From Laetmonice hystrix (taxonomy: Eukaryota), in contig OZ249436.1 in NCBI GenBank assembly GCA_965235115.1, positions 25,174,001-25,238,000 of the forward strand: DNA of 64,000 nt. The letters are read 5' to 3'. Position numbers and translations under genes: made by a program. Below, piece by piece: positions 25,101 to 40,400 of this stretch; position 1 is the first letter of the stretch; each line of letters starts with the position of its first letter. Below the pieces are notes generated by a model that was not told the DNA's origin, made no database searches, and was given only the letters and a program-made list of their open reading frames with translations.

Positions 25101-28100
25101 CCATATACGCTGCAAGCGGCAAGAACTCGAATACAGGCCTAAAAGTAACCCCAGTCTAGCAATATCATACTCTCATGCCATATACGAGCTTGTAATTATC
25201 TTTAATTAATGGGCTCCGCAGCACCAACCCACTGCATTAACATTTGTTTAACAGCTTAACGCACCTTGTAAAAAATTTTCAAGTGCGTAAAAATGCGTGT
25301 CCACCTCCACATACTTTAAAAATCACTATACCCACCCAGCGACATTCACTCTAATACACGCCTAAGAGGAACTTCACTGTCCCATTTGATTCTCCAGCAC
25401 GTATAGGATGTTTCAAGTAACATTCATCCACGGTCTGGCCCAATAACGTGCAACAAGGCATAGTAAGTCAATGCGAGCTCGCATGTCAAACCTAACCCGC
25501 CCCCCAGCACATGAGCTGAAAATATTCAAATAGCTTGAAAACTAGAATATAGCTTTGCTTAATACCATTATACCATCAACTCGCATTACAGGCCTAATGC
25601 GAAGCTCCCAGCCTAAAACGAGTTTCCAATTAATTTAAAGTTAACAAGATGCACTAATAATCGATTCCAAGCCTAATTAGGCCATTGCTAGTTGGATAAC
25701 CAAATCTCATACAAAATACACCCTCCCGGCAGATGACCTGAGAATATTCAACTCTTATGTCCGATATATCCCTGTCCGCTTTGTAGCACCCAGCCGGGCC
25801 CCCATTTTGACATTGCAACACCAATACAGCAAGTGCCCAGCTAACAGCACAAATAACAGGATTCAGGGCTTCCTACCACGTTACAAGTCACAATAGATTG
25901 CTGCCTGTCGTAAAAATATACCAGACCATTTTAAAAAGTCACAGAACCCCAATCCGGCCCTAATATGTCACTCCCAGTACCAATACACTCTGGAAGCACC
26001 ATCAACTGAAATTCAGGCCTAGAACCCACCTCTCTCTACCAATATCATGCACCTAGTCCGTATACGAGGTTGTAATTTCCTTTAATCAACGGGCTGCGCC
26101 GCAGCAACCCACTCTGGTCTTTGCAATCTTTTTCAATGTGCGTTAACATTTGTAACCAGCTCAACGCGCCTTGTAAAATTTTTCAAAGTGCGTAAAAGTG
26201 TGTGTCCACCCCGACACGCTTTCCAAACCACTATACCCACCGAGCGACATCCACTCAAATACAGGCTTCGACCGATCCTCACTGTGCCAATAATCCGCCA
26301 CAAGGCAAATTCAGTCAATGCAAGCTGGAAAATCGAATGTCAAACCTAATGCTCCCCCCCCAGCACGTTAACTGAAAATAATCAACTAGCTTGAAAACTA
26401 GAATATAGCTTTGTTTAGCTAACAATCTACTCTCCCAGCGCCATCAACTCGCATACAGGCGTAAAAGCAAACGCACTGCCCCATATAATGCTCCCAGCCT
26501 AAAACGATGTTGCAATTAATTTAAAATTAACAAGATGCACTAGTAATCCGATCCAAGCCTAATTACGTCATTGCTAGTTTCATAACCAAATCTCACAGAA
26601 AATACCCCACCCGCGCACATAACCTGAAAATATTCAACTTTTATCTCCAATGTATCCCTGTGCACCTAGTAGCACCCAAGCGGGCCCAATTTTGACATTC
26701 CAACACAAATACCGCAAATACCCGCCTAATGGCACAAAAAACTTTCTACCCCGTTGCAAGTCACATTAGCTTGCTGCTTGTCGTAAAAAATGGTGCAGAC
26801 CATTTCTAAAGTCACAGTACCCCACTCCCGGCCTAATATTACGTTTCAGTATCCATATACGCTGCAAGCGGCAGGAACTCGAATACAGGCCTAAAAGTAA
26901 CCCCAGTCTAGCAATATCATACTCTCATGCCATATACGAGCTTGTAATTATCTTTAATTAATGGGCTCCGCAGCACCAACCCACTGCATTAACATTTGTT
27001 TAACAGCTTAACGCACCTTGTAAAAAATTTTCAAGTGCGTAAAAATGCGTGTCCACCTCCACATACTTTAAAAATCACTATACCCACCCAGCGACATTCA
27101 CTCTAATACACGCCTAAGAGGAACTTCACTGTCCCATTTGATTCTCCAGCACGTATAGGATGTTTCAAGTAACATTCATCCACGGTCTGGCCCAATAACG
27201 TGCAACAAGGCATAGTAAGTCAATGCGAGCTCGCATGTCAAACCTAACCCGCCCCCCAGCACATGAGCTGAAAATATTCAAATAGCTTGAAAACTAGAAT
27301 ATAGCTTTGCTTAATACCATTATACCATCAACTCGCATTACAGGCCTAATGCGAAGCTCCCAGCCTAAAACGAGTTTCCAATTAATTTAAAGTTAACAAG
27401 ATGCACTAATAATCGATTCCAAGCCTAATTAGGCCATTGCTAGTTGGATAACCAAATCTCATACAAAATACACCCTCCCGGCAGATGACCTGAGAATATT
27501 CAACTCTTATGTCCGATATATCCCTGTCCGCTTTGTAGCACCCAGCCGGGCCCCCATTTTGACATTGCAACACCAATACAGCAAGTGCCCAGCTAACAGC
27601 ACAAATAACAGGATTCAGGGCTTCCTACCACGTTACAAGTCACCATAGATTGCTGCCTGTCGTAAAAATATACCAGACCATTTTAAAAAGTCACAGAACC
27701 CCAATCCGGCCCTAATATGTCACTCCCAGTACCAATACACTCTGGAAGCACCATCAACTGAAATTCAGGCCTAGAACCCACCTCTCTCTACCAATATCAT
27801 GCACCTAGTCCGTATACGAGGTTGTAATTTACTTTAATCAACGGGCTGCGCCGCAGCAACCCACTTTGGTCTTTGCAATCTTTTTCAATATGCGTTAACA
27901 TTTGTAACCAGCTCAACGCGCCTTGTAAAATTTTTCAAAGTGCCTAAAAGTGTGTGTCCACCCCGACACGCTTTCCAAACCACTATACCCACCGAGCGAC
28001 ATCCACTCAAATACAGGCTTCGACCGATCCTCACTGTGCCAATAATCCGCCACAAGGCAAATTCAGTCAATGCAAGCTGGAAAATCGAATGTCAAACCTA

Positions 28101-29794
28101 ATACTCCCCCCCCCAGCACGTTAACTGAAAATAATCAACTAGCTTGAAAACTAGAATATAGCTTTGTTTAGCTAACAATCTACTCTCCCAGCGCCATCAA
28201 CTCGCATACAGGCGTAAAAGCAAACGCACTGCCCCATATAATGCTCCCAGCCTAAAACGATGTTGCAATTAATTTAAAATTAACAAGATGCACTAGTAAT
28301 CCGATCCAAGCCTAATTACGTCATTGCTAGTTTCATTACCAAATCTCACAGAAAATACCCCACCCGCGCACATAACCTGAAAATATTCAACTTTTATCTC
28401 CAATGTATCCCTGTGCACCTAGTAGCACCCAAGCGGGCCCAATTTTGACATTCCAACACAAATACCGCAAATACCCGCCTAATGGCACAAAAAACTTTCT
28501 ACCCCGTTGCAAGTCACATTAGCTTGCTGCTTGTAAAAAATGGTGCAGACCATTTCTAAAGTCACAGTACCCCACTCCCGGCCTAATATTACGTTTCAGT
28601 ATCCATATACGCTGCAAGCGGCAAGAACTCGAATACAGGCCTAAAAGTAACCCCAGTCTAGCAATATCATACTCTCATGCCATATACGAGCTTGTAATTA
28701 TCTTTAATTAATGGGCTCCGCAGCACCAACCCACTGCATTAACATTTGTTTAACAGCTTAACGCACCTTGTAAAAAATTTTCAAGTGCGTAAAAATGCGT
28801 GTCCACCTCCACATACTTTAAAAATCACTATACCCACCCAGCGACATTCACTCTAATACACGCCTAAGAGGAACTTCACTGTCCCATTTGATTCTCCAGC
28901 ACGTATAGGATGTTTCAAGTAACATTCATCCACGGTCTGGCCCAATAACGTGCAACAAGGCATAGTAAGTCAATGCGAGCTCGCATGTCAAACCTAACCC
29001 GCCCCCCAGCACATGAGCTGAAAATATTCAAATAGCTTGAAAACTAGAATATAGCTTTGCTTAATACCATTATACCATCAACTCGCATTACAGGCCTAAT
29101 GCGAAGCTCCCAGCCTAAAACGAGTTTCCAATTAATTTAAAGTTAACAAGATGCACTAATAATCGATTCCAAGCCTAATTAGGCCATTGCTAGTTGGATA
29201 ACCAAATCTCATACAAAATACACCCTCCCGGCAGATGACCTGAGAATATTCAACTCTTATGTCCGATATATCCCTGTCCGCTTAGTAGCACCCAGCCGGG
29301 CCCCCATTTTGACATTGCAACACCAATACAGCAAGTGCCCAGCTAACAGCACAAATAACAGGATTCAGGGCTTCCTACCACGTTACAAGTCACAATAGAT
29401 TGCTGCCTGTCGTAAAAATATACCAGACCATTTTAAAAAGTCACAGAACCCTAATCCGGCCCTAATATGTCACTCCCAGTACCAATACACTCTGGAAGCA
29501 CCATCAACTGAAATTCAGGCCTAGAACCCACCTCTCTCTACCAATATCATGCACCTAGTCCGTATACGAGGTTGTAATTTACTTTAATCAACGGGCTGCG
29601 CCGCAGCAACCCACTCTGGTCTTTGCAATCTTTTTCAATATGCGTGAACATTTGTAACCAGCTCAACGCGCCTTGTAAAATTTTTCAAAGTGCGTAAAAG
29701 TGTGTGTCCACCCCGACACGCTTTCCAAACCACTATACCCACCGAGCGACATCCACTCAAATACAGGCTTCGACCGATCCTCACTGTGCCAATA

Positions 29795-31491
29795 ATCCGC
29801 CACAAGGCAAATTCAGTCAATGCAAGCTGGAAAATCGAATGTCAAACCTAATACTCCCCCCCCCAGCACGTTAACTGAAAATAATCAACTAGCTTGAAAA
29901 CTAGAATATAGCTTTGTTTAGCTAACAATCTACTCTCCCAGCGCCATCAACTCGCATACAGGCGTAAAAGCAAACGCACTGCCCCATATAATGCTCCCAG
30001 CCTAAAACGATGTTGCAATTAATTTAAAATTAACAAGATGCACTAGTAATCCGATCCAAGCTTAATTACGTCATTGCTAGTTTCATAACCAAATCTCACA
30101 GAAAATACCCCACCCGGGCACATAACCTGAAAATATTCAACTTTTATCTCCAATGTATCCCTGTGCACCTAGTAGCACCCAAGCGGGCCCAATTTTGACA
30201 TCCCAACACAAATACCGCAAATACCCGCCTAATGGCACAAAAAACTTTCTACCCCGTTGCAAGTCACATTAGCGTGCTGCTTGTCGTAAAAAATGGTGCA
30301 GACCATTTCTAAAGTCACAGTACCCCACTCCCGGCCTAATATTACGTTTCAGTATCCATATACGCTGCAAGCGGCAGGAACTCGAATACAGGCCTAAAAG
30401 TAACCTCAGTCTAGCAATATCATACTCCCATGCCATATACGAGCTTGTAATTATCTTTAATTAATGGGCTCCGCAGCACCAACCCACTGCATTAACATTT
30501 GTTTAACAGCTTAACGCACCTTGTAAAAAATTTTCAAGTGCGTAAAAATGCGTGTCCACCTCCACATACTTTAAAAATCACTATTTGATTCTCCAGCACG
30601 TATAGGATGTTTCAAGTAACATTCATCCACGGTCTGGCCCAATAACGTGCAACAAGGCATAGTAAGTCAATGCGAGCTCGCATGTCAAACCTAACCCGCC
30701 CCCCAGCACATGAGCTGAAAATATTCAAATAGCTTGAAAACTAGAATATAGCTTTGCTTAATACCATTATACCATCAACTCGCATTACAGGCCTAATGCG
30801 AAGCTCCCAGCCTAAAACGAGTTTCCAATTAATTTAAAGTTAACAAGATGCACTAATAATCGATTCCAAGCCTAATTAGGCCATTGCTAGTTGGATAACC
30901 AAATCTCATACAAAATACACCCTCCCGGCAGATGACCTGAGAATATTCAACTCTTATGTCCGATATATCCCTGTCCGCTTTGTAGCACCCAGCCGGGCCC
31001 CCATTTTGACATTGCAACACCAATACAGCAAGTGCCCAGCTAACAGCACAAATAACAGGATTCAGGGCTTCCTACCACGTTACAAGTCACAATAGATTGC
31101 TGCCTGTCGTAAAAATATACCAGACCATTTTAAAAAGTCACAGAACCCCAATCCGGCCCTAATATGTCACTCCCAGTACCAATACACTCTGGAAGCACCA
31201 TCAACTGAAATTCAGGCCTAGAACCCACCTCTCTCTACCAATATCATGCACCTAGTCCGTATACGAGGTTGTAATTTCCTTTAATCAACGGGCTGCGCCG
31301 CAGCAACCCACTCTGGTCTTTGCAATCTTTTTCAATGTGCGTTAACATTTGTAACCAGCTCAACGCGCCTTGTAAAATTTTTCAAAGTGCGTAAAAGTGT
31401 GTGTCCACCCCGACACGCTTTCCAAACCACTATACCCACCGAGCGACATCCACTCAAATACAGGCTTCGACCGATCCTCACTGTGCCAATA
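29795..31491. repeat. Short unit variant U18 with a 56-bp deletion (also in U22, U23, U27, U30, U34, U36)
   Basis: Junction ...CTAT|TTGATTCTCC at 30584/5, 37538/9, 39234/5, 46186/7, 51385/6, 58337/8 and 62113/4. These units are ~1,696-1,700 bp long. Confidence 0.96.
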
Positions 31492-34400
31492 ATCCGCCAC
31501 AAGGCAAATTCAGTCAATGCAAGCTGGAAAATCGAATGTCAAACCTAATGCTCCCCCCCAGCACGTTAACTGAAAATAATCAACTAGCTTGAAAACTAGA
31601 ATATAGCTTTGTTTAGCTAACAATCTACTCTCCCAGCGCCATCAACTCGCATACAGGCGTAAAAGCAAACGCACTGCCCCATATAATGCTCCCAGCCTAA
31701 AACGATGTTGCAATTAATTTAAAATTAACAAGATGCACTAGTAATCCGATCCAAGCCTAATTACGTCATTGCTAGTTTCATAACCAAATCTCACAGAAAA
31801 TACCCCACCCGCGCACATAACCTGAAAATATTCAACTTTTATCTCCAATGTATCCCTGTGCACCTAGTAGCACCCAAGCGGGCCCAATTTTGACATTCCA
31901 ACACAAATACCGCAAATACCCGCCTAATGGCACAAAAAACTTTCTACCCCGTTGCAAGTCACATTAGCTTGCTGCTTGTCGTAAAAAATGGTGCAGACCA
32001 TTTCTAAAGTCACAGTACCCCACTCCCGGCCTAATATTACGTTTCAGTATCCATATACGCTGCAAGCGGCAGGAACTCGAATACAGGCCTAAAAGTAACC
32101 CCAGTCTAGCAATATCATACTCTCATGCCATATACGAGCTTGTAATTATCTTTAATTAATGGGCTCCGCAGCACCAACCCACTGCATTAACATTTGTTTA
32201 ACAGCTTAACGCACCTTGTAAAAAATTTTCAAGTGCGTAAAAATGCGTGTCCACCTCCACATACTTTAAAAATCACTATACCCACCCAGCGACATTCACT
32301 CTAATACACGCCTAAGAGGAACTTCACTGTCCCATTTGATTCTCCAGCACGTATAGGATGTTTCAAGTAACATTCATCCACGGTCTGGCCCAATAACGTG
32401 CAACAAGGCATAGTAAGTCAATGCGAGCTCGCATGTCAAACCTAACCCGCCCCCCAGCACATGAGCTGAAAATATTCAAATAGCTTGAAAACTAGAATAT
32501 AGCTTTGCTTAATACCATTATACCATCAACTCGCATTACAGGCCTAATGCGAAGCTCCCAGCCTAAAACGAGTTTCCAATTAATTTAAAGTTAACAAGAT
32601 GCACTAATAATCGATTCCAAGCCTAATTAGGCCATTGCTAGTTGGATAACCAAATCTCATACAAAATACACCCTCCCGGCAGATGACCTGAGAATATTCA
32701 ACTCTTATGTCCGATATATCCCTGTCCGCTTTGTAGCACCCAGCCGGGCCCCCATTTTGACATTGCAACACCAATACAGCAAGTGCCCAGCTAACAGCAC
32801 AAATAACAGGATTCAGGGCTTCCTACCACGTTACAAGTCACAATAGATTGCTGCCTGTCGTAAAAATATACCAGACCATTTTAAAAAGTCACAGAACCCC
32901 AATCGGGCCCTAATATGTCACTCCCAGTACCAATACACTCTGGAAGCACCATCAACTGAAATTCAGGCCTAGAACCCACCTCTCTCTACCAATATCATGC
33001 ACCTAGTCCGTATACGAGGTTGTAATTTACTTTAATCAACGGGCTGCGCCGCAGCAACCCACTTTGGTCTTTGCAATCTTTTTCAATATGCGTTAACATT
33101 TGTAACCAGCTCAACGCGCCTTGTAAAATTTTTCAAAGTGCCTAAAAGTGTGTGTCCACCCCGACACGCTTTCCAAACCACTATACCCACCGAGCGACAT
33201 CCACTCAAATACAGGCTTCGACCGATCCTCACTGTGCCAATAATCCGCCACAAGGCAAATTCAGTCAATGCAAGCTGGAAAATCGAATGTCAAACCTAAT
33301 ACTCCCCCCCCCCCCCCAGCACGTTAACTGAAAATAATCAACTAGCTTGAAAACTAGAATATAGCTTTGTTTAGCTAACAATCTACTCTCCCAGCGCCAT
33401 CAACTCGCATACAGGCGTAAAAGCAAACGCACTGCCCCATATAATGCTCCCAGCCTAAAACGATGTTGCAATTAATTTAAAATTAACAAGATGCACTAGT
33501 AATCCGATCCAAGCCTAATTACGTCATTGCTAGTTTCATTACCAAATCTCACAGAAAATACCCCACCCGCGCACATAACCTGAAAATATTCAACTTTTAT
33601 CTCCAATGTATCCCTGTGCACCTAGTAGCACCCAAGCGGGCCCAATTTTGACATTCCAACACAAATACCGCAAATACCCGCCTAATGGCACAAAAAACTT
33701 TCTACCCCGTTGCAAGTCACATTAGCTTGCTGCTTGTAAAAAATGGTGCAGACCATTTCTAAAGTCACAGTACCCCACTCCCGGCCTAATATTACGTTTC
33801 AGTATCCATATACGCTGCAAGCGGCAAGAACTCGAATACAGGCCTAAAAGTAACCCCAGTCTAGCAATATCATACTCTCATGCCATATACGAGCTTGTAA
33901 TTATCTTTAATTAATGGGCTCCGCAGCACCAACCCACTGCATTAACATTTGTTTAACAGCTTAACGCACCTTGTAAAAAATTTTCAAGTGCGTAAAAATG
34001 CGTGTCCACCTCCACATACTTTAAAAATCACTATACCCACCCAGCGACATTCACTCTAATACACGCCTAAGAGGAACTTCACTGTCCCATTTGATTCTCC
34101 AGCACGTATAGGATGTTTCAAGTAACATTCATCCACGGTCTGGCCCAATAACGTGCAACAAGGCATAGTAAGTCAATGCGAGCTCGCATGTCAAACCTAA
34201 CCCGCCCCCCAGCACATGAGCTGAAAATATTCAAATAGCTTGAAAACTAGAATATAGCTTTGCTTAATACCATTATACCATCAACTCGCATTACAGGCCT
34301 AATGCGAAGCTCCCAGCCTAAAACGAGTTTCCAATTAATTTAAAGTTAACAAGATGCACTAATAATCGATTCCAAGCCTAATTAGGCCATTGCTAGTTGG

Positions 34401-37400
34401 ATAACCAAATCTCATACAAAATACACCCTCCCGGCAGATGACCTGAGAATATTCAACTCTTATGTCCGATATATCCCTGTCCGCTTAGTAGCACCCAGCC
34501 GGGCCCCCATTTTGACATTGCAACACCAATACAGCAAGTGCCCAGCTAACAGCACAAATAACAGGATTCAGGGCTTCCTACCACGTTACAAGTCACAATA
34601 GATTGCTGCCTGTCGTAAAAATATACCAGACCATTTTAAAAAGTCACAGGACCCCAATCCGGCCCTAATATGTCCCTCCCAGTACCAATACACGCTGGAA
34701 GCACCATCAACTGAAATTCAGGCCTAGAACCCACCTCTCTCTACCAATATCATGCACCTAGTCCGTATACGAGGTTGTAATTTACTTTAATCAACGGGCT
34801 GCGCCGCAGCAACCCACTCTGGTCTTTGCAATCTTTTTCAATATGCGTTAACATTTGTAACCAGCTCAACGCGCCTTGTAAAATTTTTCAAAGTGCGTAA
34901 AAGTGTGTGTCCACCCCGACACGCTTTCCAAACCACTATACCCACCGAGCGACATCCACTCAAATACAGGCTTCGACCGATCCTCACTGTGCCAATAATC
35001 CGCCACAAGGCAATTTCAGTCAATGCAAGCTGGAAAATCGAATGTCAAACCTAATGCTCCCCCCCCCCCAGCACGTTAACTGAAAATAATCAACTAGCTT
35101 GAAAACTAGAATATAGCTTTGTTAAGCTAACAATCTACTCTCCCAGCGCCATCAACTCGCATACAGGCGTAAAAGCAAACGCACTGCCCCATATAATGCT
35201 CCCAGCCTAAAACGATGTTGCAATTAATTTAAAATTAACAAGATGCACTAGTAATCCGATCCAAGCCTAATTACGTCATTGCTAGTTTCATAACCAAATC
35301 TTACAGAAAATACCCCACCCGCGCACATAACCTGAAAATATTCAACTTTTATCTCCAATGTATCCCTGTGCACCTAGTAGCACCCAAGCGGGCCCAATTT
35401 TGACATTCCAACACAAATACCGCAAATACCCGCCTAATGGCACAAAAAACTTTCTACCCCGTTGCAAGTCACATTAGCTTGCTGCTTGTCGTAAAAAATG
35501 GTGCAGACCATTTCTAAAGTCACAGTACCCCACTCCCGGCCTAATATTACGTTTCAGTATCCATATACGCTGCAAGCGGCAGGAACTCGAATACAGGCCT
35601 AAAAGTAACCCCAGTCTAGCAATATCATACTCTCATGCCATATACGAGCTTGTAATTATCTTTAATTAATGGGCTCCGCAGCACCAACCCACTGCATTAA
35701 CATTTGTTTAACAGCTTAACGCACCTTGTAAAAAATTTTCAAGTGCGTAAAAATGCGTGTCCACCTCCACATACTTTAAAAATCACTATACCCACCCAGC
35801 GACATTCACTCTAATACACGCCTAAGAGGAACTTCACTGTCCCATTTGATTCTCCAGCACGTATAGGATGTTTCAAGTAACATTTATCCACGGTCTGGCC
35901 CAATAACGTGCAACAAGGCATAGTAAGTCAATGCGACCTCGCATGTCAAACCTAACCCGCCCCCCAGCACATGAGCTGGAGATATTCAAATAGCTTGAAA
36001 ACTAGAATATAGCTTTGCTTAATACCATTATACCATCAACTCGCATTACAGGCCTAATGCGAAGCTCCCAGCCTAAAACGAGTTTCCAATTAATTTAAAG
36101 TTAACAAGATGCACTAATAATCGATTCCAAGCCTAATTAGGCCATTGCTAGTTGGATAACCAAATCTCATACAAAATACACCCTCCTGGCAGATGACCTG
36201 AGAATATTCAACTCTTATGTCCGATATATCCCTGTCCGCTTAGTAGCACCCAGCCGGGCCCCCATTTTGACATTGCAACACCAATACAGCAAGTGCCCAG
36301 CTAACAGCACAAATAACAGGATTCAGGGCTTCCTACCACGTTACAATAGATTGCTGCCTGTCGTAAAAATATACCAGACCATTTTAAAAAGTCACAGAAC
36401 CCCAATCCGGCCCTAATATGTCACTCCCAGTACCAATAGACGCTGGAAGCACCATCAACTGAAATTCAGGCCTAGAACCCACCTCTCTCTACCAATATCA
36501 TGCACCTAGTCCTTTTACGAGGTTGTAATTTACTTTAATCAACGGGCTGCGCCGCAGCAACCCACTCTGGTCTTTGCAATCTTTTTCAATATGCGTTAAC
36601 ATTTGTGACCAGCTCAACGCGCCTTGTAAAATTTTTCAAAGTGCGTAAAAGTGTGTGTCCACCCCGACACGCTTTCCAAACCACTATACCCGCCGAGCGA
36701 CATCCACTCAAATACAGGCTTCGACCGATCCTCACTGTGCCAATAATCCGCCACAAGGCAAATTCAGTCAATGCAAGCTGGAAAATCGAATGTCAAACCT
36801 AATGCTCCCCCCCCCCCCAGCACGTTAACTGAAAATAATCAACTAGCTTGAAAACTAGAATATAGCTTTGTTTAGCTAACAATCTACTCTCCCAGCGCCA
36901 TCAACTCGCATACAGGCGTAAAAGCAAACGCACTGCCCCATATAATGCTCCCAGCCTAAAACGATGTTGCAATTAATTTAAAATTAACAAGATGCACTAG
37001 TAATCCGATCCAAGCCTAATTACGTCATTGCTAGTTTCATAACCAAATCTCACAGAAAATACCCCACCCGCGCACATAACCTAAAAATATTCAACTTTTA
37101 TCTCCAATGTATCCCTGTGCACCTAGTAGCACCCAAGCGGGCCCAATTTTGACATTCCAACACAAATACCGCAAATACCCGCCTAATGGCACAAAAAACT
37201 TTCTACCCCGTTGCAAGTCACATTAGCTTGCTGCTTGTCGTAAAAATTGGTGCAGACCATTTCTAAAGTCACAGTACCCCACTCCCGGCCTAATATTACG
37301 TTTCAGTATCCATATACGCTGCAAGCGGCAAGAACTCGAATACAGGCCTAAAAGTAACCCCAGTCTAGCAATATCATACTCTCATGCCATATACGAGCTT

Positions 37401-40400
37401 GTAATTATCTTTAATTAATGGGCTCCGCAGCACCAACCCACTGCATTAACATTTGTTTAACAGCTTAACGCACCTTGTAAAAAATTTTCAAGTGCGTAAA
37501 AATGCGTGTCCACCTCCACATACTTTAAAAATCACTATTTGATTCTCCAGCACGTATAGGATGTTTCAAGTAACATTTATCCACGGTCTGGCCCAACAAC
37601 GTGCAACAAGGCATAGTAAGTCAATGCGAGCTCGCATGTCAAACCTAACCCGCCCCCCAGCACATGAGCTGAAAATATTCAAATAGCTTGAAAACTAGAA
37701 TATAGCTTTGCTTAATACCATTATACCATCAACTCGCATTACAGGCCTAATGCGAAGCTCCCAGCCTAAAACGAGTTTCCAATTAATTTAAAGTTAACAA
37801 GATGCACTAATAATCGATTCCAAGCCTAATTAGGCCATTGCTAGTTGGATAACCAAATCTCATACAAAATACACCCTCCCGGCAGATGACCTGAGAATAT
37901 TCAACTCTTATGTCCGATATATCCCTGTCCGCTTAGTAGCACCCACCCGGGCCCCCATTTTGACATTGCAACACCAATACAGCAAGTGCCCAGCTAACAG
38001 CACAAATAACAGGATTCAGGGCTTCCTACCACGTTACAAGTCACAATAGATTGCTGCCTGTCGTAAAAATATACCAGACCATTTTAAAAAGTCACAGGAC
38101 CCCAATCCGGCCCTAATATGTCACTCCCAGTACCAATACACGCTGGAAGCACCATCAACTGAAATTCAGGCCTAGAACCCACCTCTCTCTACCAATATCA
38201 TGCACCTAGTCCGTATACGAGGTTGTAATTTACTTTAATCAACGGGCTGCGCCGCAGCAACCCACTCTGGTCTTTGCAATCTTTTTCAATATGCGTTAAC
38301 ATTTGTAACCAGCTCAACGCGCCTTGTAAAATTTTTCAAAGTGCGTAAAAGTGTGTGTCCACCCCGACACGCTTTCCAAACCACTATACCCACCGAGCGA
38401 CATCCACTCAAATACAGGCTTCGACCGATCCTCACTGTGCCAATAATCCGCCACAAGGCAAATTCAGTCAATGCAAGCTGGAAAATCGAATGTCAAACCT
38501 AATGCTCCCCCCCCAGCACGTTAACTGAAAATAATCAACTAGCTTGAAAACTAGAATATAGCTTTGTTAAGCTAACAATCTACTCTCCCAGCGCCATCAA
38601 CTCGCATACAGGCGTAAAAGCAAACGCACTGCCCCATATAATGCTCCCAGCCCAAAACGATGTTGCAATTAATTTAAAATTAACAAGATGCACTAGTAAT
38701 CTGATCCAAGCCTAATTACGTCATTGCTAGTTTCATAACCAAATCTTACAGAAAATACCCCACCCGCGCACATAACCTGAAAATATTCAACTTTTATCTC
38801 CAATGTATCCCTGTGCACCTAGTAGCACCCAAGCGGGCCCAATTTTGACATTCCAACACAAATACCGCAAATACCCGCCTAATGGCACAAAAAACTTTCT
38901 ACCCCGTTGCAAGTCACATTAGCTTGCTGCTTGTCGTAAAAAATGGTGCAGACCATTTCTAAAGTCACAGTACCCCACTCCCGGCCTAATATTACGTTTC
39001 AGTATCCATATACGCTGCAAGCGGCAGGAACTCGAATACAGGCCTAAAAGTAACCCCAGTCTAGCAATATCATACTCTCATGCCATATACGAGCTTGTAA
39101 TTATCTTTAATTAATGGGCTCCGCAGCACCAACCCACTGCATTAACATTTGTTTAACAGCTTAACGCACCTTGTAAAAAATTTTCAAGTGCGTAAAAATG
39201 CGTGTCCACCTCCACATACTTTAAAAATAACTATTTGATTCTCCAGCACGTATAGGATGTTTCAAGTAACATTTATCCACGGTCTGGCCCAACAACGTGC
39301 AACAAGGCATAGTAAGTCAATGCGAGCTCGCATGTCAAACCTAACCCGCCCCCCAGCACATGAGCTGAAAATATTCAAATAGCTTGAAAACTAGAATATA
39401 GCTTTGCTTAATACCATTATACCATCAACTCGCATTACAGGCCTAATGCGAAGCTCCCAGCCTAAAACGAGTTTCCAATTAATTTAAAGTTAACAAGATG
39501 CACTAATAATCGATTCCAAGCCTAATTAGGCCATTGCTAGTTGGATAACCAAATCTCATACAAAATACACCCTCCCGGCAGATGACCTGAGAATATTCAA
39601 CTCTTATGTCCGATATATCCCTGTCCGCTTAGTAGCACCCAGCCGGGCCCCCATTTTGACATTGCAACACCAATACAGCAAGTGCCCAGCTAACAGCACA
39701 AATAACAGGATTCAGGGCTTCCTACCACGTTACAAGTCACAATAGATTGCTGCCTGTCGTAAAAATATACCAGACCATATTAAAAAGTCACAGAACCCCA
39801 ATCCGGCCCTAATATGTCACTCCCAGTACCAATAGACGCTGGAAGCACCATCAACTGAAATTCAGGCCTAGAACCCACCTCTCTCTACCAATATCATGCA
39901 CCTAGTCCGTATACGAGGTTGTAATTTACTTTAATCAACGGGCTGCGCCGCAGCAACCCACTCTGGTCTTTGCAATCTTTTTCAATATGCGTTAACATTT
40001 GTGACCAGCTCAACGCGCCTTGTAAAATTTTTCAAAGTGCGTAAAAGTGTGTGTCCACCCCGACACGCTTTCCAAACCACTATACCCACCGAGCGACATC
40101 CACTCAAATACAGGCTTCGACCGATCCTCACTGTGCCAATAATCCGCCACAAGGCAAATTCAGTCAATGCAAGCTGGAAAATCGAATGTCAAACCTAATG
40201 CTCCCCCCACAAGCACGTTAACTGAAAAAAATCGACTAGCTTGAAAACTAGAATATAGCTTTGTTTAGCTAACAATCTACTCTCCCAGCGCCATCAACTC
40301 GCATACAGGCGTAAAAGCAAACGCACTGCCCCATATAATGCTCCCAGCCTAAAACGATGTTGCAATTAATTTAAAATTAACAAGATGCACTAGTAATCCG

